From Candidatus Latescibacterota bacterium (GTDB lineage: Bacteria; Latescibacterota; UBA2968): a stretch of DNA of 64,000 nucleotides. Location of the stretch: positions 3,904,001 through 3,968,000 of the forward strand of contig OZ242195.1 in NCBI GenBank assembly GCA_965205975.1, in the 5' to 3' direction. Positions 29,501 through 39,388 of this stretch are shown one piece after another (positions within the stretch are counted from its first letter, which is position 1; each line of letters opens with the position of its first letter). Under the pieces are notes generated by a model. It was not told the origin of the DNA. It saw only the letters and a list, made by a program, of their open reading frames with translations, and made no database searches. Position numbers and translations under genes: made by a program.

Positions 29501-30426
29501 GCCTCCGGCGCATTGGCGAAGCCAACAAAGCCGCGGGCCAATTCAAAAAAACCTATAAAACAGCAACCGAATGGCTCGCCCGCTTCGAAGTCGAAAAAGG
29601 CAGATATCAACTCGCCGTCAGAAATCCCAAAAAAGCGCGACAAATCTTTGAAGACATCTCAAAAAAATACGCCGCCACCGAAGCATCGGCCGACGCGCGT
29701 TATTACATCATCCGCGCCTACCACAACGAAGGACCCGACAAAGACGGCAACAACGAACCCTATCTCAACGCACTCACCGCATTCATAAAAAATTATCCCG
29801 ACAGCCCGCACTGGGCAGATGCCAACATCGAACTCGCCGAATTTTGGGAACGCAACGAAGAATACAACCTCTCTGCACGCGCATATCGCAACGCCATTGA
29901 AAAAGGCGTCGCCCAATCCAAAAAACCCGACATCCTCCACAAACTCGCAAAAAATTACAGCAATCTCAACGCCTATGACCTCGCCATCAACTTTGCGCGC
30001 CAGCTCATCCGCGAATTTCCCCAGAACCGCCTCGCCCTGAGCGCCCGCATCGACATCGGCACCATTTACCTGCCCAACAAAGGCGACCACAAACAAGCCA
30101 TCGCAGAACTTCGGCCCCTGCTCAAAATCGTGACCGTGGAAGACGAAAAAGCCAGCATCCAGTATTCCATCGCAGAAAATTATTTCGAATTGGGCGACTA
30201 TGCCAACGCACTCCGAGAATTTTTGATCTTGCGCTACAACCAGAACGCGAGACCTATGTGGATCGTATCCGCACAAATGAAAGTAGCAGAATGCTATGCG
30301 GCACAGAACAACATCGAACAAGCCATACAAGAACTCGAAGCCATAAAACGCCGCCACGGCGTGGCCAGCATGTACGGCATTGGCGCGGAAAAGGTCATTC
30401 AGCAAATAAAAACACAACGACAATAA
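26584..30426 (+). CDS. Large exported TPR protein (BamD/CpoB-like repeats)
   Basis: Signal peptide; many 'F...YP.S...' TPR pairs. Confidence 0.9.
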   Translation: MTLLKNTLICILLFGISSHLCAQGTQDENSHYELAQRIFNDGLYADAAREYKQFIINYPNSKRLPDAMLRVGQALARAEQYDHALEAFRQFIDRYPTHIEVGSAMRARANALSQLGEHTRAGAAYRDVHAAYPASTNAPQDLLSAGENYHKGGALPEAGAAFRQLVEQYPKSPIVNEATFNLGRVLLEESRTEEALVQFRTLAEHPGSAKRKPDALLEMGNIALSRDNLSEAERIFANLRARYPATLAAQNSHLITGAWHAGKNDWTSAEKTYNNALVKIPNNTRRQQALLGSANAKRKLGKSEGALQRYASFLRAYPKSPFHAHALIGYGRAFADLKNYRNALDAFRNLQEKYPDADVSIQAYGDIGNIWRVLGTHQKALTAYQTYLTRIQSPIEKANARLQIAQICEDLNWYDLAAENYRTLINSAIPHYASEGQIGLARVFEKNGQTALALREYRTYIKNHGDASHAETAETRIQLLTEFGTETDRDRIYIDLLADLPGIADDPHTQFKLGKTLHTQKRYNRAIPHLETALSIQGISPSAYEHILVEETPETPENTPATTSDDTLAFAAEAARAAEAALAALSNPATSDTTTDGRDMSANDDTPIPDESAFTNAPAWAYEAYYLLGNSYLKQARRATLENKSPDEWQNKGLTTLKILVKIFPDNDHAKNAALAVIHTETADIQPDTLRAQTRLSAYRAYRKTHPNSPDLLLRIADAHFANTHIDSALSLYLQIEKKAGDPTLKEKAAYRIGLCRAKQQQHVRAEETLKNFLFNYPQSDLTPHAQFQLGRILLDREFYASAAEAFSELLSASPTLALQRSARSLLAESYHRTGNYQRAIEIDESLITHNTTPQLLRRLARSYAQNNQRDKAITTYNMYLRKYPQAPDADSIAYTRAEHLTSRNRTSEALTAFREFSKKYPNSPLGTQADQAVGDLLFQTEKYAQAITAYRRVPEPARNETMAAREVLSLYRLRRIGEANKAAGQFKKTYKTATEWLARFEVEKGRYQLAVRNPKKARQIFEDISKKYAATEASADARYYIIRAYHNEGPDKDGNNEPYLNALTAFIKNYPDSPHWADANIELAEFWERNEEYNLSARAYRNAIEKGVAQSKKPDILHKLAKNYSNLNAYDLAINFARQLIREFPQNRLALSARIDIGTIYLPNKGDHKQAIAELRPLLKIVTVEDEKASIQYSIAENYFELGDYANALREFLILRYNQNARPMWIVSAQMKVAECYAAQNNIEQAIQELEAIKRRHGVASMYGIGAEKVIQQIKTQRQ

Positions 30427-30428
30427 CC

Positions 30429-31955
30429 ATGCCCACCGACCAAAAAGAAGCCCTCATCATCGTAGATCAACCCACCGAACTGGGTCGGGACCTGCGCGTC
30501 GAACTCGAAGAACTCGGCTGGCAAACCCTCGTGACCAACAGTGCGAGACCCGCCAGAAAACTGATCTCTGAAAACCAGTTTGACCTGCTCATCCTGGACG
30601 AAACCACATTGCCCGAAGCCGACGTACAACTCGCCGACATATTATCTGAGCAACCTGAAAAAATCCCCATCTTCGCAATCGCCACCCTGGACGGCACCCA
30701 ACTCCAAACAGCACCCTCATTAGACCCCGATGCCCTGCTCTCCTATCCGCTCATTCCCGCAGAATTGCAAGACGCCCTGACGCAAAAACGCACCCGACCC
30801 GACACCACGATCCTCGGACGCTCAGACGCCATACAACAAATCCGGGAAAGCGTGGCACAAATCGCGCCCACCCCCGTCAGCGTACTCATCACAGGAGAAA
30901 GCGGCTCCGGAAAAAATCTCATCGCCGAAGCCATCCACCGGCAAAGCGTGCGCAGCGACGAACCATTTCTCATCATCAACTGCGGCGCAATCCCCGAAAC
31001 CCTCCTCGAAAGCGAACTCTTCGGCCATGAAAAAGGCGCATTTACCGACGCGCGCACGCAGCGATCTGGCATCTTTGAAGCCGCCAACCGCGGCACCGTC
31101 TTCCTCGATGAAATCGGCGAAATGTCCCTCTCTGCACAGGTGCGCTTATTGCGCGTCCTCGACGCCAAAGAAGTCACCCGCCTGGGCAGCACCGCCCCAA
31201 TAGCCGTTGACGTCCGCGTCATAGCCGCCACCAATCGCAACCTGCAACAAGCCGTTGCCGAAGGCAAATTCAGGCAAGACCTCTACCAGCGCCTTCGCGT
31301 CATCGAAATCGAAATGCCCCCACTGCGCGCCCACCCCCAGGACATCCCCCTCATCGCGCAAAACATCATCCAAAAACAAAGCGACGAACTGCACATGCCC
31401 CCCATTGAATTTGCGCCCGACGCGATGAACGCACTCCAGCAATACCACTGGCCGGGCAATGTCCGGGAACTCATCAACCTCATCGAACGCCTCATGGTCT
31501 TATCCAAAACCCGACACATAACCGCCGTGGACCTCGCGCAACACCTCGCCACAACCCCGGAGACAGAACCCTCTTATCTCCCTGTCCTCGCGGGCAAAAC
31601 ACCTGCAGAATCCGATCGCGACCTCCTCTACTGGGCAATACTCGAAGTCGCCAAAGACGTCAAAGAACTCAAAGTCTATATCATGCAAAGCATGCAAACG
31701 CCTGTACAAAATACACCAACACCCGTCCTACCCGTCTATGACACACCTATAGAAGACACAGAAATCAAAGAAACCGCAGGTGCAGGTTTAAAACCTGCAC
31801 CTACCGAAGAAGACATACGCCCCTTGCGAGAACTCGAACGCGAAGCCATCGCCAATGCCCTGCGCGTAACCGGCGGGCACCGCGAACGCACCGCAAAACT
31901 CCTCGGCATGGCCGTACGCACCCTCTATCGCAAAATTGATCAATACGATTTGTAG
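30429..31955 (+). CDS. Sigma-54-interacting regulator (receiver-like + AAA+ + Fis HTH)
   Basis: GESGSGK, ELFGHEKGAFTDA, FLDEIGE, WPGNVREL, TLYRKI. Confidence 0.92.
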   Translation: MPTDQKEALIIVDQPTELGRDLRVELEELGWQTLVTNSARPARKLISENQFDLLILDETTLPEADVQLADILSEQPEKIPIFAIATLDGTQLQTAPSLDPDALLSYPLIPAELQDALTQKRTRPDTTILGRSDAIQQIRESVAQIAPTPVSVLITGESGSGKNLIAEAIHRQSVRSDEPFLIINCGAIPETLLESELFGHEKGAFTDARTQRSGIFEAANRGTVFLDEIGEMSLSAQVRLLRVLDAKEVTRLGSTAPIAVDVRVIAATNRNLQQAVAEGKFRQDLYQRLRVIEIEMPPLRAHPQDIPLIAQNIIQKQSDELHMPPIEFAPDAMNALQQYHWPGNVRELINLIERLMVLSKTRHITAVDLAQHLATTPETEPSYLPVLAGKTPAESDRDLLYWAILEVAKDVKELKVYIMQSMQTPVQNTPTPVLPVYDTPIEDTEIKETAGAGLKPAPTEEDIRPLRELEREAIANALRVTGGHRERTAKLLGMAVRTLYRKIDQYDL

Positions 31956-31963
31956 AATTTCTC

Positions 31964-31992
31964 GGAACCATCTCATAGTGTCGTGGGTCTAA
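31964..31992 (+). promoter_or_regulatory. ECF (sigmaE-like) promoter upstream of the DegP-like gene
   Basis: GGAACC-N17-GTCTAA. Confidence 0.6.
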
Positions 31993-32041
31993 TCGTCGAA
32001 AATAGAAACTGCATAACCCAACAAAAAAGGAGTCACCCGCC

Positions 32042-33514
<1,473 letters not shown>

Positions 33515-33524
33515 GGACCCTATA

Positions 33525-34655
33525 ATGAGCACCTCTGAAGCGCGGCTCATGATCGCCGCCAGCGAAACCGACGCCGACATGTATTACGCCACGCGCTTTC
33601 TCGCACCCGACCCCTTTATCTTTTTTCAAATCGGCGAGGAAAAACACCTCCTCATGTCCGACCTGGAACGCGACCGTGCACGCGCGCAAGCCCAGGTCGA
33701 TCATGTACTCTCCTTATCTGAATACCAGGAAAAAGCAAAAAAAAACGACACCGACGAAGAACCCTCTCAAATCGATGCCTTACACGAAGTACTACAAGAA
33801 AAAAATATCACCCACCTGAACGTCCCCCGCGCCTTTGCCATAGCCACGGCAGACGACTTGCGCGAACGCGGCTACACAGTGGCATTTCCAGAAGGCGCGT
33901 ATTGGCCCGACCGGGAAATCAAAACCCCTGATGAAATCGAACACATCCGCGAAGTCCAGCAACACACCGAAGCCGCAATGGACGCCGCCATAACCCTCAT
34001 CCGCAACGCGGAAATCCGCGGCGACCTCCTCTACCACAGCGGCGAACCCCTCACATCGGAAACCGTCAAACGCGAAATAAAATTTCTCCTCCTCGAACGC
34101 GACTGCACAGCCGGTCACACCATCGTCGCCGGCGGCGATCAAGCCTGTGACCCCCACAACGAAGGCACCGGCCCCCTGCACGCGCACCAATCCATCATCA
34201 TCGACATCTTTCCGCGCTCAAATATCACCGGCTATTTCGCCGACCTCACCCGCACCGTCGTCAAAGGCGAACCCTCTGCCGACCTCCAGAACATCTACGA
34301 CGCGGTCCTCGCCGGACAAAACCTCGTCCTCGACAGCGTCCGCGCAGACGCAGACGGCCAGGCCATCCACCGATCACTTACAGAACTATTTGAAAACCGC
34401 AACTTCGAAACCGGCAACATAGACGGCCGAATGCAGGGCTTCTTCCACGGCACGGGCCACGGCCTGGGCCTTGAAATCCACGAACCCCCGCGCATCGGCA
34501 AAACCCCGGGAAATCTCCGCGCAGGGCACATCGTCACCGTTGAACCGGGCCTCTATTATCCCGGTCGAGGCGCCGTACGCATCGAAGACCTCGCCGTCGT
34601 CACCGAAGACGGCCTCGAAAACCTGACCACCTATCCGAAGTTTCTCACCTTATGA
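33525..34655 (+). CDS. Xaa-Pro peptidase (M24B)
   Basis: DLTRT, HGTGHGLGLEIHE, TVEPGLY, VRIED. Confidence 0.93.
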   Translation: MSTSEARLMIAASETDADMYYATRFLAPDPFIFFQIGEEKHLLMSDLERDRARAQAQVDHVLSLSEYQEKAKKNDTDEEPSQIDALHEVLQEKNITHLNVPRAFAIATADDLRERGYTVAFPEGAYWPDREIKTPDEIEHIREVQQHTEAAMDAAITLIRNAEIRGDLLYHSGEPLTSETVKREIKFLLLERDCTAGHTIVAGGDQACDPHNEGTGPLHAHQSIIIDIFPRSNITGYFADLTRTVVKGEPSADLQNIYDAVLAGQNLVLDSVRADADGQAIHRSLTELFENRNFETGNIDGRMQGFFHGTGHGLGLEIHEPPRIGKTPGNLRAGHIVTVEPGLYYPGRGAVRIEDLAVVTEDGLENLTTYPKFLTL

Positions 34656-34662
34656 ACGCAAA

Positions 34663-34756
34663 GACGAATCAACGAATCAGCGAATCAGCGAATCGGGATT
34701 AGCACTGACTTTGGGTGGTTGGGCAGGGTTCGTCTATTCGTCTATTCGTCTATTCG
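34663..34756. repeat. Second copy of the opposing-8-mer composite element
   Basis: (cgaatcag)n - gactttgggtggttgggcaggg - (ttcgtcta)n. Confidence 0.85.
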
Positions 34757-34760
34757 CCCT

Positions 34761-36491
34761 TCACATCGCATTCTCCACCCGAGCCGTAATAACATCGATC
34801 CCCTCATACTTCCGATGATGCACCGATGAAGCGTAATGCCGCAAAAGCCGGATCGAAAACTCGTGATCATCCTCGGCATACGCATCCTCACCCAAATACG
34901 CGATCTGGTCTTCGATATTCTCGCCATCCGAAGCCGCCAGAAATTCAACCTCTGCTGCCCCATTATCCATGCGAATACCCATGATCAGTTGCCGCGGTGT
35001 ACTGGAAGATTCCTTTTCATCCTCAGTCACAAGACTCACCAGCATCTCTTCCCCTACCGAACGCAGGCGGTATTGCCCGCTCTCCGTCCAACCGTATTTC
35101 TCGGCAAACGCAACGAGAAACTCGTCAATCGCGGGCAATGCAGACAACTCCAGCGGCACTTGAATTTTTCTCCGCCGCGAACCGGTCAATTCCACCAAAA
35201 GCGTCATGCCAATAACCGTCAGGCTTCCCACCGTAACCCCGCTATTGAGCAACTCGCGCACAAACCCGTCAAAAAATCCAGCAATACTCCCAGAAGAAAG
35301 CCCAACCATTATCGATACCGCGATGACGATACTCTTGCGATGATCAATCTTATCATCTAACGCCACCTTTGCCCCTTCCACGAAAAGCCCGCCAAATACG
35401 ATGATATAGACAGCTGCCAGAACCGAACTCGGAATCGCAATGAGAAAAGCCCCCAACTTGGGCAAAAATGCCGCCCCGATCATAAACAACCCCATGTACA
35501 CACCCACCATCCGCGTAGCCACGCCTGTAAGAGAGACATACGTTGCAGTGAGTGCCCAGGGCGTCGTGGCAGAGGGAATGCCCAGAAAGCCCACGATCAA
35601 ATTGCCCACGGAGTAGGCATTGAGACCGCCTTGAACAACTCTGAAATCCTGTGCCTGTACCTCTCGGTGCGAAGCTCTTTGGATCACGCCAATATCCCCA
35701 ACAGCCTTCACAAAAGTCACCAAACCGACAAAGATAAAAGCCGGCAGAAGTCCCCAAAATTCAACGCCAAAGGTCAAATCCAAACCTTCCCAGACGGGAA
35801 CGGGAAAACCAATATAGGCAGCTTCGACCACACCGTTGTTATCGTACAACCCCAAAGGCACTGCGACAATCAGACCTGCCAAAATGGTGATACCGACTAT
35901 CCACAGCCGCCAGGTCTGTGGCGCACGCAAAATTATCAGTACCCCAACAAGCAAAGATATTGTCAGGGTCGCGATAACGCGATCAACGGGCAAATCCTGT
36001 GTCGATTTCACAACATCGTTAAACAGGAAGGGGGCTGCCGTAGCTGCGACCAACATCACAATTGTGCCACTGACGGTTCGCGTAAATATTCGGCGCAACA
36101 GCGGAAGGTACATCGTGAGCACCAACTGAACGAGCGTCGAGACAACGGTCAAAATCGCCAGCAAACCCGGTCCGCCTTTTTCTAAGGCAAGCGTAGAGAT
36201 CGCAATAAAAGGGATATTGAAACCCGTCAAAATGAGAAGTCCAGTCCCAATTCGACCACGGGAAGCCTGAATAATTGACGTGAATCCGCACGTTATCAAG
36301 GCCATAAACACGGCCCACGGCAAATAGGCCCCGGTCTCGCCCGATGATCGAATGACCACAGTCGTAAACACCACGACCATGACGATATTTGGCGATGCCA
36401 TCTGAACGGCAGAGAGTATGGCTACAGACCGGGGACATTTGTCCTCTGGTTCGTAGCGAATACCCTCATTTACCTGCCTGCCTGCCGCCAT
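34761..36491 (-). CDS. NCS2/NAT-family permease with a soluble C-terminal RsbW/SpoIIAB-like extension
   Basis: IRYEPED, GFTSIIQ..RIGTGL, AVGDI, TGVATR, PKLGA..AIP; last ~135 aa soluble with EEMLVSL...IRLLRHYASSVHHRK. Confidence 0.8.
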   Translation of the reverse strand: MAAGRQVNEGIRYEPEDKCPRSVAILSAVQMASPNIVMVVVFTTVVIRSSGETGAYLPWAVFMALITCGFTSIIQASRGRIGTGLLILTGFNIPFIAISTLALEKGGPGLLAILTVVSTLVQLVLTMYLPLLRRIFTRTVSGTIVMLVAATAAPFLFNDVVKSTQDLPVDRVIATLTISLLVGVLIILRAPQTWRLWIVGITILAGLIVAVPLGLYDNNGVVEAAYIGFPVPVWEGLDLTFGVEFWGLLPAFIFVGLVTFVKAVGDIGVIQRASHREVQAQDFRVVQGGLNAYSVGNLIVGFLGIPSATTPWALTATYVSLTGVATRMVGVYMGLFMIGAAFLPKLGAFLIAIPSSVLAAVYIIVFGGLFVEGAKVALDDKIDHRKSIVIAVSIMVGLSSGSIAGFFDGFVRELLNSGVTVGSLTVIGMTLLVELTGSRRRKIQVPLELSALPAIDEFLVAFAEKYGWTESGQYRLRSVGEEMLVSLVTEDEKESSSTPRQLIMGIRMDNGAAEVEFLAASDGENIEDQIAYLGEDAYAEDDHEFSIRLLRHYASSVHHRKYEGIDVITARVENAM

Positions 36492-36536
36492 GATTACATC
36501 CTCTAATATTGCGTGGTGCGAAAACGGTTAAAGCTA

Positions 36537-36567
36537 CTCATGGCTGCGCTTCAAACGCAGCCATGAG
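36537..36567. other. 12 bp-stem hairpin between the Cache and NCS2 genes
   Basis: ctcatggctgcg-cttcaaa-cgcagccatgag. Confidence 0.7.
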
Positions 36568-36607
36568 CGATGGAGTTTTGTCGCCTGCTAAGGCTTTTAC
36601 GAGCAAC

Positions 36608-38221
36608 TCAATCGTCCGCCGGTTCGCCAAAGTAGCTCGACCCGAAAATCAGACCATCGTAGCGAATCACCCATGCATGTGCATCCAGGATTACGCCGGT
36701 TCTCACGTTGGGCCGCTGGTAGTGAATCCAGTGCCCCTCCTCGGTCGCACGCACTATTTCTTTGCCAAGTTCAAATCCGGTGCTGGGTATCTTGACAACT
36801 TCGATGTTGAGACCCACCGCTCCGGGCGCAACGAGGAAGACAGCGATGCGGCCATTCTCGTCAATCAGGAACAGGGACGATTGGCCTTCGATGCTCTCCC
36901 GGCTGCTATAGTAGGCGACTGTAGCTTCCAGGCCCTCCTGTTTGTACTTGTCTATGGCAGCCTGCACGTATGCCTTAGTGCCCGCTTCGGGATTCTCCGG
37001 GGCAGGGTAATAGCCCGAAGCGAAAATCATCCCATCGCGCCGGATAGCGTAGCCCACCTTGGGAACCTCCGCCAGCGTCACCGGATGCGGCCACAGGTAT
37101 TCTACCCAAACACCCACGCCTTCCCCCGCCTTGACCAGCGCCTTGCCCAGTTCGTAGCCATCGGAACCCACCACATCCTTGAGGTCCGTGCCGATCAGTT
37201 TGGAAATCAGCGGGTGGACGTGATACATGTCGTCCGCGTCGGTGGCGAACAAATACCACTCGCCCTCAATGGAGGCCACGCTGTTGTAGTAGGCCTTCAT
37301 CGCCTCCAGGCCATCGCGCTCGTAGCGATCAATGGCCCGTTGCACGTACGCCTCGGTGTACTCCCTCGGGTCGGCACCCTGCCAGGACGGCGGTCCCGCC
37401 TCGATGTCCGAGGTGTAGTAGCCCGAGGCGAAGATCAGCCCGTCGTGGCGCACCACCCAGGCCGCCTTGTGTTCTTCCCGTAGTGTTACCGGATTCGGCC
37501 ACAGGTATTCCACCCAGTGACCTTCCTCAGTGGCTTGGGCGATTTCCTTGCCCAACTCTTGACCATCAGAGCCGACCACGTCCTTGATGTCCGTGCCGAT
37601 CAGGTGCGGGAAAATGGGATGTGCCAGGTAGAGATCATCGGCCCCGATGAGGAACAAATAAAAATGCCCATCCACGCTTTCCCGGCTGTTGTAATACGCG
37701 GTGGTCGCTTCCAGGCCCTCTCGATCGTAGTGCGCGATCGCTTTGGCGATGTAATTGCGGGTGACGTCGGCCAGATTTTCTTGCAACGTGAAATGCCCGG
37801 CCATGAAAACGAGATCATCGTGCCGAATGAGGAAGTTGCGCATGGGGCCTAACTGTCGGGTTCTGGGATGAATACCTTGATGATCCATCCAGATGCCTTC
37901 CGGAGTGACTGGACCGAGGGCGGGCGCGGGCGCACCGACGCGCGTGGATAAACCACTTGCCAGTATGATGCTTTGCTGCGGGTCAATGATAAGCATGAGC
38001 CGCTCGCCTTCGATACTTTCTCGGCTACTGTAGTATGCGAGTGTGGCTTCCCGGCCATCGCGCTGGTAACGCTCAATGGCCTTCATTACATAAGCTTTTG
38101 TGAGCGCATCCTCGTCATCGGCGGCCATCGCGGAAGAACTCGTGACCTGTGCATTACCACCAACCCACATCGCACCAGCCACCAGTGCCAACGCGAACAC
38201 GCGACAAATATCTCGAAACAT
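36608..38221 (-). CDS. Secreted protein made of four tandem single-Cache domains
   Basis: Signal peptide; 4 repeats of T..YV..AI..Y..EG.EAT.AYY.S..S..G...W..Y..P.P.T......DG.IF.SGYY; GGAGG RBS. Confidence 0.85.
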   Translation of the reverse strand: MFRDICRVFALALVAGAMWVGGNAQVTSSSAMAADDEDALTKAYVMKAIERYQRDGREATLAYYSSRESIEGERLMLIIDPQQSIILASGLSTRVGAPAPALGPVTPEGIWMDHQGIHPRTRQLGPMRNFLIRHDDLVFMAGHFTLQENLADVTRNYIAKAIAHYDREGLEATTAYYNSRESVDGHFYLFLIGADDLYLAHPIFPHLIGTDIKDVVGSDGQELGKEIAQATEEGHWVEYLWPNPVTLREEHKAAWVVRHDGLIFASGYYTSDIEAGPPSWQGADPREYTEAYVQRAIDRYERDGLEAMKAYYNSVASIEGEWYLFATDADDMYHVHPLISKLIGTDLKDVVGSDGYELGKALVKAGEGVGVWVEYLWPHPVTLAEVPKVGYAIRRDGMIFASGYYPAPENPEAGTKAYVQAAIDKYKQEGLEATVAYYSSRESIEGQSSLFLIDENGRIAVFLVAPGAVGLNIEVVKIPSTGFELGKEIVRATEEGHWIHYQRPNVRTGVILDAHAWVIRYDGLIFGSSYFGEPADD

Positions 38222-38411
38222 AACAACCTCCCTTGTAAAATGGCTTTCTCTGCGAATACTGCGAATACGGAAAAAATAAGGTAAAATATTTCTCTTGCAA
38301 TATAAAAGCGCAGAGGCTCTGGAAGCACCTGTTTTTTTATCAATCCATCTTCACAGTGAACTGGTCTGAACTGCGACCAGTCATGCTCGATTTACTCCCC
38401 TTCATACACCG

Positions 38412-38465
38412 TTCCCTACTTCACACTTCCTACTTCACACTTCCTACTTCACACTTCCTACTTGC
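38412..38465. repeat. Heptamer tandem repeat (cacactt/cctactt)
   Basis: Same family at about 20808-20835, 26557-26583 and 19636-19660. Confidence 0.85.
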
Positions 38466-38467
38466 CT

Positions 38468-39388
38468 TTAAGCCCTCGGATGAAACGTCCGATGCACCTC
38501 CTTCAAATACTCCCGATCCACATGCGTATAAATCTGCGTCGTTGAAATATCCGCATGCCCCAGCATCTCTTGCACCGCCCGCAAATCTGCCCCACCCTCC
38601 AGCAAATGCGTCGCAAAAGAATGCCGCAGCGTATGCGGACTCACCTTCTTCTTCAACCCCGCCAGCACCACATATTGCCTCAGCAACTTCCACACGCCCA
38701 TCCGCGACAACGGACCACCGCGAAAATTCAAAAACACCTCCGATCCCGTACGCGGCTTAGCCAGACCTGGACGCACCGTATCCAAATACTCAGACACCCA
38801 CTCGATACCCTCTGACCCAATCGGCACCACCCGCTCGCGCCCGCCCTTGCCCAGCACCCGAACCACCTCCACATCAAACAGCAAATCCATCAGCGACAAC
38901 CCGATCAACTCCGACACCCGCAACCCCGCCCCATAAAGCATCTCTATAAGCGCGCGATCGCGCAACCCTAAGGGCGTCTCCACATCCGGCGCCAGCATCA
39001 ACCGCTCAACCTCGTAAATATTCAGCACCGACGGCAACTTCCGCCCCAACTTGGGCGGCTTCAAATGCTCTGTCGGATCCCGATGTGCAAGCCCTTCCCC
39101 CATCAAAAACCTGTGAAACATCCGCACCGCCGTCAAATTCCGCGCCACACTCGACGCCTCCAGCCCCATCTCCGAAAGCAAATTCAACAGCGCGGACACC
39201 TCCGCCTGAGAAATCGCATCCGGCGCATTGATCCCCAAATCTGTCAACAGCGTCAAATACCTGCTCAAATCGCGTTGATATGCACGCGCCGTATTATCCG
39301 ACAACCCGCGCTCCAGCGTCACAGAATCGAGAAACCGCTGCAACGCCCGCTTCAATTCCGGGGCAATTTGTATCTGGTCTATAGACAT
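38468..39388 (-). CDS. xerD: Tyrosine recombinase XerD
   Basis: ERGLSDNT, GLRVSEL, GKGGRER, SPHTLRHSFATHLL, LGHADISTTQIYTHV. Confidence 0.93.
   Translation of the reverse strand: MSIDQIQIAPELKRALQRFLDSVTLERGLSDNTARAYQRDLSRYLTLLTDLGINAPDAISQAEVSALLNLLSEMGLEASSVARNLTAVRMFHRFLMGEGLAHRDPTEHLKPPKLGRKLPSVLNIYEVERLMLAPDVETPLGLRDRALIEMLYGAGLRVSELIGLSLMDLLFDVEVVRVLGKGGRERVVPIGSEGIEWVSEYLDTVRPGLAKPRTGSEVFLNFRGGPLSRMGVWKLLRQYVVLAGLKKKVSPHTLRHSFATHLLEGGADLRAVQEMLGHADISTTQIYTHVDREYLKEVHRTFHPRA

Noticed and set aside
38468..39388. Integron or prophage integrase driving the 10-19 kb cassettes
   Set aside because: Canonical XerD coupled to uvrC; no IntI-specific insertion; no attC-like sites recognised
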